A DNA stretch of 64,000 nucleotides from an uncultured Thermoproteales archaeon (GCA_964522205.1 CAZFTG010000004.1:8820-72819), one strand, 5' to 3'; shown: positions 36,079-46,815, counted from the stretch's first letter. The notes: generated by a model not told the origin, from the letters alone. Numbers and translations: made by a program.

Positions 36079-36183
36079 CTCAAGTAACCAAATACATTCT
36101 CTGCTCAGGTCGACTATCGTTTCTATATTTCCATCCCTATCCTAAACCCTACTTTTATTTGCCCCATTTGAATATACTACAGT

Positions 36184-37581
36184 ATGTATGAAGACTTCAT
36201 AAGGGATATTAGAAGTATTGCAGAAAGACTTAAAGCAGAAATAGTGGGTGGCTCTGTACTCTTGGTAACTCATTATGATGCTGATGGTTTAACTTCCGCA
36301 GCTATAGTTGCGAGAGCCTTAGAGTTCATAGATGTACCATATCATATAAGAGTAGTTGACCAACTGGACGAAGGTACGTTAACGGAAATTTTTACTATGT
36401 CCTACGATATCCTACTTATAACCGATCTTAGTCTTCATGAAAGTAAAGTGCTAAGCGGCGACAGTTCTTCTAAAATCCCTTTAACTATAGTACTTGATCA
36501 TCATGAGACTACAAAAAGTATTAAAAAGGATAAAATAATCGTACTGAATCCATATGACTACAATATAGATGGAAGTTCAATGGTTAGCGCTTCTACTATG
36601 ACATATATCCTCGCTAAGGAGTTTAATAGGATTAATGAGAGATTTTCATATCTAGCTGTTATAGGCGCTTTAGGAGATAGACAGGATGTAGGTAAATTGT
36701 ATACTCTTGAGGGTCTTAATAAAATCGCTGTAGAAGATGCAACAAGGAGATTATTGCTTAAGACAGAGATAGATCTTAGATTATTCGGACTCTACACCAA
36801 ACCTTTAATAAAGTGTTTAGAACATAGTATAGATCCCTATTTTCCGGGCTTAACGGACGATGAAAATGCATGCCTTTCATTTCTAAAGAGCATAGGTATC
36901 CCTCCAGTCAAAAATGGAAAGCTTAGAATGTATAAAGACTTATCATTAGAGGAGAGGAAAAAGCTTGCTACGGAATTAGTCAAATACTTACTCTCTAGAG
37001 GCTATAGTGTCAAACGAGCTGAACGTATCTTCGGTACCACATACTACCTCCTAAAAGAGGGGGAGAAAAGCCCTTTGTACGATGCTAGGGAATTTTCTGC
37101 ACTCCTTAATGCTTGTGGAAGACTGGGGAAAGAATCTACTGGTATAGCACTCGCCATGGGCTTTAGAGATCGTATATTGAGAGAAGCTCTAGATGTACTA
37201 CAGGAATACAGAAAACTACTGGCTAGAACTATGAATCTAGTGAAAGAACCCGATGAACATGTCAGAATTATTGGTAAGCTTGTAGTAGCAGATCTTAGAG
37301 ATATCGTACCGCCCAGAGTAGTCGGTACAATAGCCTCTTTAATGGCTCCCCTGTATTCGCGATTCAAAGTCGTAGTGGTATACAGTGGAGAAGATAAACT
37401 CAAGATCTCAGTCAGAAAGACAAGTATCAAAGAGGAAGATATACACTTAGGAAAAATTATGAGACAAGCATCCCTGAAAGTAGGTGGTATTGGCGGTGGT
37501 CATCCTAATGCCGCTGGAGCTACTATTCCAGAGAGTGAGATTAAAAGATTCATAAGAATTATTCACAATACGATTAAGTAG
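36184..37581 (+). CDS. RecJ/Cdc45-family DHH phosphoesterase
   Basis: DHH motifs appear intact: HYDADG, ITDLS, LDHH and, in DHHA1, GGGHPNAAGA. Confidence 0.75.
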   Translation: MYEDFIRDIRSIAERLKAEIVGGSVLLVTHYDADGLTSAAIVARALEFIDVPYHIRVVDQLDEGTLTEIFTMSYDILLITDLSLHESKVLSGDSSSKIPLTIVLDHHETTKSIKKDKIIVLNPYDYNIDGSSMVSASTMTYILAKEFNRINERFSYLAVIGALGDRQDVGKLYTLEGLNKIAVEDATRRLLLKTEIDLRLFGLYTKPLIKCLEHSIDPYFPGLTDDENACLSFLKSIGIPPVKNGKLRMYKDLSLEERKKLATELVKYLLSRGYSVKRAERIFGTTYYLLKEGEKSPLYDAREFSALLNACGRLGKESTGIALAMGFRDRILREALDVLQEYRKLLARTMNLVKEPDEHVRIIGKLVVADLRDIVPPRVVGTIASLMAPLYSRFKVVVVYSGEDKLKISVRKTSIKEEDIHLGKIMRQASLKVGGIGGGHPNAAGATIPESEIKRFIRIIHNTIK

Positions 37582-37588
37582 AAAGTCT

Positions 37589-37840
37589 ATGATAAAGTTA
37601 AGACTTAAGGTAGTATTCAATAGTGACGAAGAGGCTAGACTGATATACAACTCTATACTTCCTGACAATAAATCTGTATTAGGAAAACTCGATATAGTTA
37701 CTGAAGTAAGAGGAAATACTGTTTTAGTAGAGTTAACATCTATGAGCCCTTTAACTATCAAGAATACTATTAATGAAATATTGATGTGTATGATGACGAC
37801 ACTCCAAGTAGTATCCCGCTTTCGCTCCAATTACGCATAA
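37589..37840 (+). CDS. Pcc1-like small protein (possible KEOPS Pcc1 paralog)
   Basis: 83 aa with the pattern LRLKVVFNSDEEARLIYNSILPD...TVLVELTSMSPLTIKNTINEIL, which resembles Pcc1 topology. Confidence 0.45.
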   Translation: MIKLRLKVVFNSDEEARLIYNSILPDNKSVLGKLDIVTEVRGNTVLVELTSMSPLTIKNTINEILMCMMTTLQVVSRFRSNYA

Positions 37841-37919
37841 TAGAGTTGATTCAGAAAGACATAAACTTCAAATCGAGAATACATTTATAATACTACAGTG
37901 AAATAGAGAGTTGATATAG

Positions 37920-38549
37920 ATGTCAAGCATACGTATAAGTAAGGCAGCTAGAGATAAGTGGATGGCTAAGAAATGGTATACTCTATACGCTCCATCATCC
38001 TTTGGATTTGCAATGCTGGGAGATGCTCCAGCGAATAGTGATAAACACATGCTGGGTAGAACTATAGAAGTAAGTCTCTATGATATAACAAAGGATATTT
38101 CCCAACTACCCATAAAACTGAAGTTCCAAGTGGTGAAAGTCGAGGATAGTAAAGCATTTACACAGTTCAAGGGTTTCGAGTTATCGAGAGATTACTTGAG
38201 AAGTTTAATAAGACGAGGTACCTCCAAAATAGATGTTATAAGAGATGTAATAACTAAGGATGGAATCCATCTCAGAGTATTTATACTGGTCATTACAGCT
38301 CATAGAGTTAAGAAATCACAGAAACGAGCTATAAGAAAAAAGGCATGGGAAGTAATAGAAGAAAAAGCGAGTCAACTAACATTTGAAGAATTTATACAAG
38401 AAGCAGCTTTAGGTCCTATAGCAGCTGAGGTATATAACAGAGCCAAGGTTATCTATCCTCTTAAGAAGGTAGAAGTATCTAAGATTAAAGTTTTAACTAA
38501 TACCTTTGAAATCCCATTAAAACTACCTCCATCTACCACAGCAACATGA
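37920..38549 (+). CDS. rps3ae: Ribosomal protein S3Ae (eS1)
   Basis: ARDKWMAKKWYTLYAPSSFG...LGRTIEVSLYDIT. Confidence 0.9.
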   Translation: MSSIRISKAARDKWMAKKWYTLYAPSSFGFAMLGDAPANSDKHMLGRTIEVSLYDITKDISQLPIKLKFQVVKVEDSKAFTQFKGFELSRDYLRSLIRRGTSKIDVIRDVITKDGIHLRVFILVITAHRVKKSQKRAIRKKAWEVIEEKASQLTFEEFIQEAALGPIAAEVYNRAKVIYPLKKVEVSKIKVLTNTFEIPLKLPPSTTAT

Positions 38550-40171
38550 GAGAAGTACTAGAGAAGAATACTATACGAAAGAACTGGACTAGAGTTGATC
38601 TTAGAATATGTTTATACTATCCGAGTACTTATGAATCTGGTGTATTAAGCCTCGCACTACAGATACTCTATGGACTCTTCAATAAAAGAGAGGATGTACT
38701 CTGTGAGAGAAGTTTTGTAAATACAAGACCAAAGGGCACTAGTATAGAGAGTCGGAGAAGACTTGATCAATTTGATGTATTGGCCTTCACAATCCATAAT
38801 GAACTAGATTTATCTAAATGTGTAGAGATACTGAGATACCTAAACATACCTATATACCCTAAGAAAAGGAGGGGAGGGGAATATCCTATTCTTATCATCG
38901 GAGGACCTGTAGCATTTCAAAATCCTTCACTAATCTCGCCTATTTTTGATGCGATATTCATAGGAGAGGTAGAAGACGTATGCGATCAACTACTCGATGC
39001 TCTAAAATTAGCTAAGGAAATAGGTTCAATAGATCCTCTAGCTGAAGTTCCCGGAGTGTATGTACCAACTCTTAATGAAAAAAGAGTGAGGAGAGTGTAT
39101 ACTATAGACTTAAACAAAAGCTTTTACCCTGTGAGACAGGTCATTCCACATGGTATTAGGGTAGCCTTTGGACCGTCTTTTCTACTCGAAATTAATAGGG
39201 GGTGTGGTTATGGTTGTAGATTTTGCCTAGCGGGCTTCATATACAGACCTCCTAGAATGAGGAGCCTGGGGAGAATTCTAGAGATTTTGGACATAGGCTT
39301 AAAGCAGACTGGAGTCAATGCAGTATCTCTAATATCCTTAGCAATGGTGGATCATCCACATATAACTGATATACTCGAGGAATTATGTAATCGGAATTTA
39401 AGGCTTTCAATTCCCTCTATAAGAGTGGATTCTCTGAGCGAGGAGATAATTAAGCTTATCAGAAAGAGTGGGCAGAAAAGTATAACTATAGCCCCTGAAG
39501 TCGCCACAGCAAACTTAGCTGATAAGATAAATAAGGGAATATATCCAGAAGACCTATTTGAACTATGTAAAGTAGCACGAACTCACGGGTTTGAGAAGAT
39601 CAAGTTGTACTTTATGATAGGCCTTCCTGAAGAGGAGTTAAAAGATGTCGCGGAAATTGGTAAACTTATTCGTAAAGTGAAAAAAATTGGATTTCGAAGA
39701 GTAAGTGTAACTATAAATCCCTTCATACCCAAACCACACACCCCCCTTCAATGGGCTCCCTTCGATGATATAAAGAGTATTATGGAAAAGGAACGTGTAG
39801 TTCTCGATTCTATTAAGTCTACTGCAGGTGTGAGAGTGGACTTTTTGAATTGGAAGTTCGCTTACGTTGAAACATTTCTCGCTAGAGCTCCCAAAGCCGC
39901 TCATAGTGTAATAGTTGAAGTTGCTGAGAAGAGATTACATACCGCTAATAGTTGGTATAAAACTATCACTAAGTATTTGAATAGACATTCCCCCAGTGCT
40001 AGAAAAGCCATTCAAGGATACGATCTAGATGATGAACTACCTTGGAATGTAGTAGATATTGGAGTAAGTAAAAGCTACCTACGTTATGAATATGAAAAAT
40101 ATCTTTCTGGTGAGAGGACTGAAAGTTGCTATCTCAAGTGTAGTAAGTGTGGTGTATGTTCATTTAGTTAG
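38546..40171 (+). CDS. Radical SAM protein with N-terminal B12-binding-like domain (TIGR03960-like, function unknown)
   Basis: The CGYGCRFC cluster (Cx3Cx2C within CxxxCxxC) and N-terminal LYYPSTYESGVLSLALQILYGLFN are present. An ATGA overlap links it to rps3ae. Confidence 0.75.
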   Translation: MREVLEKNTIRKNWTRVDLRICLYYPSTYESGVLSLALQILYGLFNKREDVLCERSFVNTRPKGTSIESRRRLDQFDVLAFTIHNELDLSKCVEILRYLNIPIYPKKRRGGEYPILIIGGPVAFQNPSLISPIFDAIFIGEVEDVCDQLLDALKLAKEIGSIDPLAEVPGVYVPTLNEKRVRRVYTIDLNKSFYPVRQVIPHGIRVAFGPSFLLEINRGCGYGCRFCLAGFIYRPPRMRSLGRILEILDIGLKQTGVNAVSLISLAMVDHPHITDILEELCNRNLRLSIPSIRVDSLSEEIIKLIRKSGQKSITIAPEVATANLADKINKGIYPEDLFELCKVARTHGFEKIKLYFMIGLPEEELKDVAEIGKLIRKVKKIGFRRVSVTINPFIPKPHTPLQWAPFDDIKSIMEKERVVLDSIKSTAGVRVDFLNWKFAYVETFLARAPKAAHSVIVEVAEKRLHTANSWYKTITKYLNRHSPSARKAIQGYDLDDELPWNVVDIGVSKSYLRYEYEKYLSGERTESCYLKCSKCGVCSFS

Positions 40172-41173
40172 TTTCTTCCATAGTAGCTCCACTATGGTAC
40201 TATATACTACGTTCAACACCTCTCCAAGATTACCTTTCCCTACTGCACCACCAGCTGTAGTATGTCCACCACCTTCGCCATGAATTAATCGTCCTATGAC
40301 TGGTAGTAGATCTCTACCTAAATTTATCCCTGTTATCCTATAGAATTTAGGGGTTGATCTAGCACTTACTCTTATACTACCTTTTTTCTCAGCGATAACT
40401 ATAGCTAGATCCGCCCCCAAAGAGATTATGGTTCTTGCTAAAACTCCTTCATAAGCGCTTACATACGAGAGAGCTACTATTAGTTCTCCAATCCTTATCA
40501 ACATCATCCTCTGTAGACCTTTAAGTATGGCTAATCTCTCAGACAAATCTGCCTCAGTAGTCGCTAGTGATCTCAGAGCTAATGTATAATCAGCTCCTAA
40601 TCTCAGAAGTTTGGCACATACTTCGAATGTTTTAGTATTTGCGTGGATAAATCTTCTAGTATCATAGAGTATACCTGTTAATAGTAGTGTGGCTAGATCC
40701 TTAGGAATATCTATGTCTAAAGCCTCTAGTACTGAGAAGACCATTAGTGAGCATGCCTTAGCCTCTGGCCATATCCATTTGTACTTAACTCTATCCAGTG
40801 TACTACTAGTTGGAATGTGGTGATCTATCACTATAATCTTTTCCCTTTCACGTTCTATTTTTTCTCCTACCTCTCCCAACTGTACTAAGTTACTAACATC
40901 TACTAAGATGTATATATCTGCTTGAGGAAGCTCCTTCAAAAATTCTAACTTATCTTCCGTATAAATTGTTGAAAGAACTTTACGGGACAACTTACTGATA
41001 CCACCGGGAGCTACTATCGTCACTTTAGAGTTAGGGTATAAGCGATTAAGAAGATGATTAATACCTATAGCAGAACTTATAGCATCGGGATCGGCATCTT
41101 GGTGTGTTACTACTGCTATCTCTATAGGATCACGAAGTGATGTTATAATTTCTATTAACTCCCTTAGTCCCAT
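40160..41173 (-). CDS. DHH/DHHA1 phosphoesterase (NrnA-like)
   Basis: THQDADPDA, VDVS, IDHH and GGGHTTAGGA. Its 3' end overlaps the convergent radical SAM gene by 12 nt. Confidence 0.75.
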   Translation of the reverse strand: MGLRELIEIITSLRDPIEIAVVTHQDADPDAISSAIGINHLLNRLYPNSKVTIVAPGGISKLSRKVLSTIYTEDKLEFLKELPQADIYILVDVSNLVQLGEVGEKIEREREKIIVIDHHIPTSSTLDRVKYKWIWPEAKACSLMVFSVLEALDIDIPKDLATLLLTGILYDTRRFIHANTKTFEVCAKLLRLGADYTLALRSLATTEADLSERLAILKGLQRMMLIRIGELIVALSYVSAYEGVLARTIISLGADLAIVIAEKKGSIRVSARSTPKFYRITGINLGRDLLPVIGRLIHGEGGGHTTAGGAVGKGNLGEVLNVVYSTIVELLWKKLTK

Positions 41174-41252
41174 ACTACCTAACTATTCTCTCGCTTTTTT
41201 AAATTCGTTTACATATAATTAGAGCTATTCCAAATCTATCTGTACTAGGAAA

Positions 41253-41576
41253 CTATCGTGTAGAGTGTACTTCAGGTTTCAGTATTTTTCTTACTTCAAC
41301 CTCTGCTCTTTCTAACGCCTTATCTAGTACTTCTTCCAATAATTTGTTTACATCTATTTTCCTAAAAGATTTCACTTCTACTTCGACTTCCGTCTTAATA
41401 GTTAGAAAATATTCTCCGAGGAGTTCTACTTTTATTACTAGATCCTTTATATCATCTTCTCTTAATCTACTGTATAGCTCCTCTTCTATGCTATTGAAAA
41501 CTATGTTCAATATGTTATCCTTCTCCTCTTCTGTAACCCTTCGGAAGTGTATTTTCTTACGCTTAACTATACTCAT
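41253..41576 (-). CDS. Hypothetical conserved small protein downstream of pfdB
   Basis: 107 aa, E/K-rich, with a 4-nt overlap with pfdB. Possibly the DUF3194-type archaeal family, from recollection only. Confidence 0.35.
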   Translation of the reverse strand: MSIVKRKKIHFRRVTEEEKDNILNIVFNSIEEELYSRLREDDIKDLVIKVELLGEYFLTIKTEVEVEVKSFRKIDVNKLLEEVLDKALERAEVEVRKILKPEVHSTR

Positions 41577-41950
41577 TCACTTCTTCCTGTCTCTCCTCTA
41601 GCTATTTCTCTTATTTCCTTCTGTACGTCCATTATTCTCTTTCTGAGCATGGATTCCTGTTTATCCAATATCTTTATTCTCTCTTCTATAACCTCTCTCT
41701 GTTCTTCTAAATCTTTCTTAAGTTCATTGGGACTTACCGATATGAGTACTATACCTCTAAGCTTGTATGTTTTCACATCGCCTCCCTTATTTAGGGCTTT
41801 ATCTATTTCATCTAATGCCATCTCTATTTCTCTAAGCTGTAGATCTAGTTGTTGCTTTCTAAGTACTACTGTCTGAAGTTCTGACTGTAATCTTTGTAGG
41901 TTTGCTACAAGTTTCCTAACCGCAGGAGGTAGTTCTTCTATACTTGACAT
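41573..41950 (-). CDS. pfdB: Prefoldin beta subunit
   Basis: 125 aa with two coiled-coil arms flanking YKLRGIVLISV. Confidence 0.8.
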   Translation of the reverse strand: MSSIEELPPAVRKLVANLQRLQSELQTVVLRKQQLDLQLREIEMALDEIDKALNKGGDVKTYKLRGIVLISVSPNELKKDLEEQREVIEERIKILDKQESMLRKRIMDVQKEIREIARGETGRSE

Positions 41951-42034
41951 ACTATAGACCTCAATCGAATTTACTAAATCAAATATTTAAATAACTATAG
42001 TCGAATTAGGAAGGATATCCGTTCCGAGATATTA

Positions 42035-42289
42035 CTACTCATTAAAGAGTTTATTAAGCGTCTCTAAAGTAGCTCCTATGAGCCTTAGGACACTGTTAGC
42101 TAATGCTCTCAGTATAGATAGATCTCCTCCTTCTATCAGTATCACGAGTCTATCGTTATTCTTTAATAAATTTACTCTTCCTCTCTTAGTACGGAATTCT
42201 CTAAGCTCTGGAAGAAGCGAAGTGTATAGTACATTAAGTAGATCGGAATTCTCTACTGATAATTCAATCCTTATCTCTCCATATGGCAT
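42035..42289 (-). CDS. pcc1: KEOPS subunit Pcc1
   Basis: LYTSLLPEL...LVILIEGGDLSILRALANSVLRLIG (Pcc1/CTAG signature LRA..NS.LR). It sits in the exosome superoperon. Confidence 0.65.
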   Translation of the reverse strand: MPYGEIRIELSVENSDLLNVLYTSLLPELREFRTKRGRVNLLKNNDRLVILIEGGDLSILRALANSVLRLIGATLETLNKLFNE

Positions 42290-42293
42290 TTTC

Positions 42294-42881
42294 TCACAGG
42301 ATAGGCTCTCTGTACACTACTCTCTTTATGAACAGCTTAGGACCAGAGGCCTTTAGGTTTTTGGGATTAACAAATTTCATCACGAATCTCATGTTTATGG
42401 AAAATGTTTCTTCAAGTACTATGAGATTATCGAAGGCTCTAGCTATGGACTTTAGTGAATTCTCCTCTAGATAAAATATTCCTAGGGCTTCTGAGAGACT
42501 ATGAGCTAGTTCGCTTAGTTCAATACTCGATTCTGGTGCTATTACAATTGCACACCTCTCTATCTTACTGGGTAAGGATGTCTCATCAAGTTCTCTTATA
42601 AGCTTTACTCCTTTTAACTGGATTATGAGAGGATAGAAGTAATAATTCTCTTCGGTCGTTATTAAAAATACTAATCTTCCTGGATTTCCATACAAACCCT
42701 TTCCTACTATCAATACTCTTTCAGCACCTAGATCAAGAGCCTTAGCCGCAAGCTCCTCTATATTCAGTTTACCCCTATTAATTCTAATAGCTCTTGGTAG
42801 GCTCTTTGCTAGGTCATTAGTTAGGCTCCTCGCTCTTGTACTAGGTCTTCTCGTCGTAGTTATGACTATTTTATACTTCAT
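42294..42881 (-). CDS. Brix-domain ribosome biogenesis protein (Imp4 family)
   Basis: MKYKIVITTTRRPSTRARSLTNDLAKSLP...NRGKLN. The start is taken at Met29 of the track ORF, which gives an ATGA overlap with rpl37ae. Confidence 0.7.
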   Translation of the reverse strand: MKYKIVITTTRRPSTRARSLTNDLAKSLPRAIRINRGKLNIEELAAKALDLGAERVLIVGKGLYGNPGRLVFLITTEENYYFYPLIIQLKGVKLIRELDETSLPSKIERCAIVIAPESSIELSELAHSLSEALGIFYLEENSLKSIARAFDNLIVLEETFSINMRFVMKFVNPKNLKASGPKLFIKRVVYREPIL

Positions 42882-43141
42882 TTCTTTTTGAGTTCCTCGG
42901 GTGTAAAGGTTCTTCCAAGTTCGGTTCTGGGAACCCACGCTCCTCCAGCAAAGGTATAGCCACATTTTCTACATTTCCATATTCCTATGCTTATTCTGAT
43001 CATTCTCCCCAGTGTGTAGCATTTCGGACATCTGTAAGACTTTCTTCTCCTCTCTTCTATCATCCTTACTCTCTTTCTCAGTGTAGATCCGTATCTAGCC
43101 CCATACCTACCTGTTATTCCTACACTCTTTGTTCTTCCCAA
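42878..43141 (-). CDS. rpl37ae: Ribosomal protein L37Ae (eL43)
   Basis: GRYGARYGSTLRKR...YRCPKC...WKCRKCGYTFAGGAW. Confidence 0.9.
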   Translation of the reverse strand: MGRTKSVGITGRYGARYGSTLRKRVRMIEERRRKSYRCPKCYTLGRMIRISIGIWKCRKCGYTFAGGAWVPRTELGRTFTPEELKKK

Positions 43142-43144
43142 GAG

Positions 43145-43966
43145 CTACACCTCATTACTACTCAGCGGTGTGGGTAACTTGTTTATAAGCTTTCTGGAGA
43201 TTTCCAATCCCCTTCTCCCTAGATCTATAATTTCTTCTGGTGTAAAGTAACCACTTCCTCCTTTCTGTATTGCCACTATTCTTCCGTCTTTATCATAGCA
43301 TATGGTTAACCTCGCATCCATTGCCAATTCTTCCTCATACGTAGGATCTACTATTACGTATTCTCCAATCTTTGCAAAAGTAGTAGATAGGGTGGTATTT
43401 TCTATAGGCATTGGTTCTTTTTCGTCCAGTATTCGAATCTCATCACCTTCTACATGAACTTTTGGCTTTTTAGTTGTTAAGAGAGCTGATACCGCTGCAA
43501 GCATGCAGGCATCAAGTAGATTACCATCGTGGTTGAGAGCATATAAATCCACATACACAAACCAGGCTCTTCTTCCAGTTATTATTCCCAACTTTTCTAG
43601 ATCTATTAGTTTAGAGCTTCTTATTCCCCTATCCACTACTCTTGAGATCTCTATATCCTCTTCTTTAGGCGGACCATATTCGAATATGGGAGATGCTAGA
43701 GGAATCAACTCAGCATTAACTATGAGAGCACCGGAGGTGGGGGAGTCTGGGAAAGGTGTTGCTATATTAAGTTTTACACCCGCAATGACAAGAGTATTAC
43801 CTAAGTTGACAAGTGCTGATCCTTCAGCACTATCTATAACCCCTACTTCTATTCTTACGTCTCTGTAATCCATGGGTTTCCTTCCATCTAATCTTTCTCC
43901 CTTCTCCAGTAGTGTTCTTATAGTCTTCTGTTTTATGATTGGAATTACATGTTCTATTTTAGACAT
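43145..43966 (-). CDS. rrp42: Exosome complex subunit Rrp42
   Basis: RNase PH-like fold (RLDGRKPMDYRDV, AEGSALV). It lies immediately downstream of rrp41. Confidence 0.85.
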   Translation of the reverse strand: MSKIEHVIPIIKQKTIRTLLEKGERLDGRKPMDYRDVRIEVGVIDSAEGSALVNLGNTLVIAGVKLNIATPFPDSPTSGALIVNAELIPLASPIFEYGPPKEEDIEISRVVDRGIRSSKLIDLEKLGIITGRRAWFVYVDLYALNHDGNLLDACMLAAVSALLTTKKPKVHVEGDEIRILDEKEPMPIENTTLSTTFAKIGEYVIVDPTYEEELAMDARLTICYDKDGRIVAIQKGGSGYFTPEEIIDLGRRGLEISRKLINKLPTPLSSNEV

Positions 43967-44703
43967 CAGACCACCCTGTAGGTTTTTGTGATATCTAAAT
44001 ACCTCGATCTAAGTGCTTCCTTCTGCTTTTCATATATGGTACTTATTCCTTTTCTTGCTAGTTTAAGTGCTTTCTCTAATTCCTCGAGTGTGAATGATCC
44101 ATCGCACTGAAGTAATGTTACAGCATTTAGTGATGGCATCATTGCTATTGGCATGTCTCCTTCACCGTACTGATCCTCAAGGTGATTGAGGTCTAGTATA
44201 ATCCTTCCATCAGCCTTACCTACAGCTACAGCTGTTACGAGATCACGCATAGGTATTCCTGCATCAGCTAGTGCAAGTGAAGCTGCACTTATACTAGCAC
44301 ATCTAGTTCCACCATCTGCTTGTAGTACCTCGATGAAGACATCTATAGTAGTTCTAGGGAACTTCTCTAGTAAAAGCGCTGGTTCGAGGGCCTCTCTTAT
44401 GACTTTTGATATCTCTATCTCTCTTCTACCTGGTGTAGGACTCTTTCTATCCTTAACGGAAAATGTAGCCATTCTATATTTCGTTCTCAATAGTGCTCTA
44501 TCTGGTCTAGCTTGATGTCTGGGGTGTACTTCTCTAGGACCATATACAGCTACAGCTATCTTATTACCTCCTTGTTCAACATATGCTGAACCATCAGCGT
44601 TCTTTAGTATACCTACTTCAAATCTTAGAGGTCTTAGTTCATCTGGTAGTCTTCCATCTACTCTCTTACCACTATCATCTATTAATCTAATTTTAGTCTT
44701 CAT
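43966..44703 (-). CDS. rrp41: Exosome complex exonuclease Rrp41
   Basis: Strong similarity to the Sulfolobus Rrp41 sequence as I recall it ([43 protein letters not shown]). Confidence 0.9.
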   Translation of the reverse strand: MKTKIRLIDDSGKRVDGRLPDELRPLRFEVGILKNADGSAYVEQGGNKIAVAVYGPREVHPRHQARPDRALLRTKYRMATFSVKDRKSPTPGRREIEISKVIREALEPALLLEKFPRTTIDVFIEVLQADGGTRCASISAASLALADAGIPMRDLVTAVAVGKADGRIILDLNHLEDQYGEGDMPIAMMPSLNAVTLLQCDGSFTLEELEKALKLARKGISTIYEKQKEALRSRYLDITKTYRVV

Positions 44704-45347
44704 ATTACTTCTCCCTTCAAGATATTTCTTACCATATCTAAGGCTTTTAGCTCATTTTCAAGCGTTTTACCTAGTATTAGTAACCTGTAATTAGCGCCTA
44801 GGATGATATCGCATTTTGCTTTATCCTTAACTTTTTTCAAAAGACCCTCTTTTGACTTGAGTAGTGACCACTTCCACGAGTTAAGCTCTAGAAATAGTCC
44901 TCTAGTCGCCTTACCTAATCTAGATTCTCTAATGGTTAGTAGGGGATCTCTTGTCAAATCAAAGGCTATAACTCTAGCTACTATAAGATCGGCTATGTTT
45001 AAGTAATCCCTTAGCTCTACCTTGGTTATGTGTACTGGTCTAGAGAAGACTTCTGAGAGTGGAAGAATCGCTTTCCATGGAGAGTTAATGTCTACAGTCC
45101 AATTAGTTACTCCTATATCGACAATCTTCCCTATCACAATATCCCCTTCTTTGGGTATATAAGGGGTTTTTAGCGGTATAACATCTAATATGTTTTCTCC
45201 TCCTCTCTTCTTCATTTTGGGTATACCAACTAGTGTAGCAATCAGTTTGTCACCTATTTTAATTACGTTTGTAGTAGTCTTTACATCGCCTATTCTGACT
45301 ACCTCTCCTGGTAATACTAACTTATATCTTCTTCTCACTTTTATCAC
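44700..45347 (-). CDS. rrp4: Exosome RNA-binding subunit Rrp4 (S1 plus KH)
   Basis: LVLPGEVV, an S1-like [20 protein letters not shown] and a C-terminal KH-like region. Confidence 0.85.
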   Translation of the reverse strand: MIKVRRRYKLVLPGEVVRIGDVKTTTNVIKIGDKLIATLVGIPKMKKRGGENILDVIPLKTPYIPKEGDIVIGKIVDIGVTNWTVDINSPWKAILPLSEVFSRPVHITKVELRDYLNIADLIVARVIAFDLTRDPLLTIRESRLGKATRGLFLELNSWKWSLLKSKEGLLKKVKDKAKCDIILGANYRLLILGKTLENELKALDMVRNILKGEVI

Positions 45348-45348
45348 T

Positions 45349-46059
45349 TTATATGAATTCTTTGCTTAATATCTTCATCTCTCCCTCTCCTTTAGTCAGC
45401 TCTAAGAGCCTATTGAGTAAGGCTTCTGTGAGACCCGCTGCTATCTCTAATTCCATACTCATGCTACCATCCGATAAGTAGTGAACCCTGATAATTCTTC
45501 CCATCTTTGAAAGAGGACCATAAGCCCTCCCTACATAGGCTGGTGGTACTTTTACAGCAACCTTAGCCCTAGCTAACTTAAGAGGGAGAATACCTTTGAT
45601 ACGATCTATTACTATCTTAACCTGTTCTTCCACAGGCTTAAAGGGATCTATAGGTGCTTTTGCCTCTTTTATTGCCATTTCGATTCTGAGAGGAGGATGT
45701 GGCAGTCCTGTTCTGGGGTCTATAGCATTTCTCGATAGAACTTCTATAATCCTTCTCCTCTTCTCCTCTATAAGCTCGCGTCTTTGTTCAGCTGTCAACT
45801 GTAATTCTCCCTCTTTTATTATTCTCGCCGCTACTTCGTATACGTTATCTGTTCCAAAGACCTTTTTTACGTCTTCCATAGACGCTTTTAGTGCTTTTCT
45901 CACATCATAATATATGATGTCACCAACTAGGACTTCCCTTACGTTATCTAATTTTCCTGTTTTAAACTGCCATGCCTTTTCAGCATGAACTACTACCTCA
46001 AATTTCTTACCCATGTGATAGTATCTTGCAATGACTTCTTTATTGTTCAATGGTTTCAC
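45349..46059 (-). CDS. SBDS/Sdo1 ribosome maturation protein
   Basis: [15 protein letters not shown]...DVRKALKAS...[23 protein letters not shown]. Confidence 0.85.
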   Translation of the reverse strand: MKPLNNKEVIARYYHMGKKFEVVVHAEKAWQFKTGKLDNVREVLVGDIIYYDVRKALKASMEDVKKVFGTDNVYEVAARIIKEGELQLTAEQRRELIEEKRRRIIEVLSRNAIDPRTGLPHPPLRIEMAIKEAKAPIDPFKPVEEQVKIVIDRIKGILPLKLARAKVAVKVPPAYVGRAYGPLSKMGRIIRVHYLSDGSMSMELEIAAGLTEALLNRLLELTKGEGEMKILSKEFI

Positions 46060-46784
46060 CTTACTTCCTCAATAAGTTTTCTAATTTCTTCTCTCTTTAG
46101 TTTTCTGAACTTCATAGTCTTTCTTTCAATTACCGCTACCTCTATATTTTCTACCTTTAATCCACCTTCGATTACCTTATTTAGTGATCTTACTGCTAGT
46201 GTTACTGCCTCATCTAAGTGTAGGTCCTTCCTATAGTTCTTTTCTAGTAGCCCTCTAAGTTCCTCAGCTCCAGTACCAATAGCATGTGCTAGAAACCTAT
46301 AGTATGTACCACTAGGCTCTACGTAGATAAGTTGAGGCCCCGTAAAGTCTACTCCACCTATCAGTAGTGCTACACCAAAGGGTCTTACTCCTCCATGCTG
46401 TGTATATATTTGAAGTATATCGCAGATCCTCCTAGCTAGTAATTCTACTTCAATAGGTTCATCGTATAGGAGTCTATGCACTTGTGCATAGTATCTAGCC
46501 CTATCTATCAGTACTCTAGCATCGGAGAACCATCCTGAAAAGCTCACACCTATGTGATCGTCTACTGCTACTATCTTATAACCTCTACTACTCTCCTCAA
46601 GAAGGGCCATTGACCTGACTTCTGCTGCGAGTACTATACCATCTTCAGTTTTTATTCCTAATGTAATTGAACCTCTTCTAACAGCTTCCATGGCATACTC
46701 TACTTGATATAATCTTCCATCCGGTGACCAGATGGTTATGGCCCTATCATATCCTACTCCCGTTGGAGGGAACATATACATCAC
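46056..46784 (-). CDS. psmA: Proteasome alpha subunit
   Basis: [21 protein letters not shown] signature. Confidence 0.9.
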   Translation of the reverse strand: MMYMFPPTGVGYDRAITIWSPDGRLYQVEYAMEAVRRGSITLGIKTEDGIVLAAEVRSMALLEESSRGYKIVAVDDHIGVSFSGWFSDARVLIDRARYYAQVHRLLYDEPIEVELLARRICDILQIYTQHGGVRPFGVALLIGGVDFTGPQLIYVEPSGTYYRFLAHAIGTGAEELRGLLEKNYRKDLHLDEAVTLAVRSLNKVIEGGLKVENIEVAVIERKTMKFRKLKREEIRKLIEEVR

Positions 46785-46806
46785 CTAGGGATTTTTCGCT
46801 CTGTAT

Positions 46807-46815
46807 CTTATATAA
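46807..46815 (-). promoter_or_regulatory. TATA box for psmA (leaderless spacing)
   Basis: The minus strand reads TTATATAAG, centred about 27 nt upstream of ATG 46784. Confidence 0.4.
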
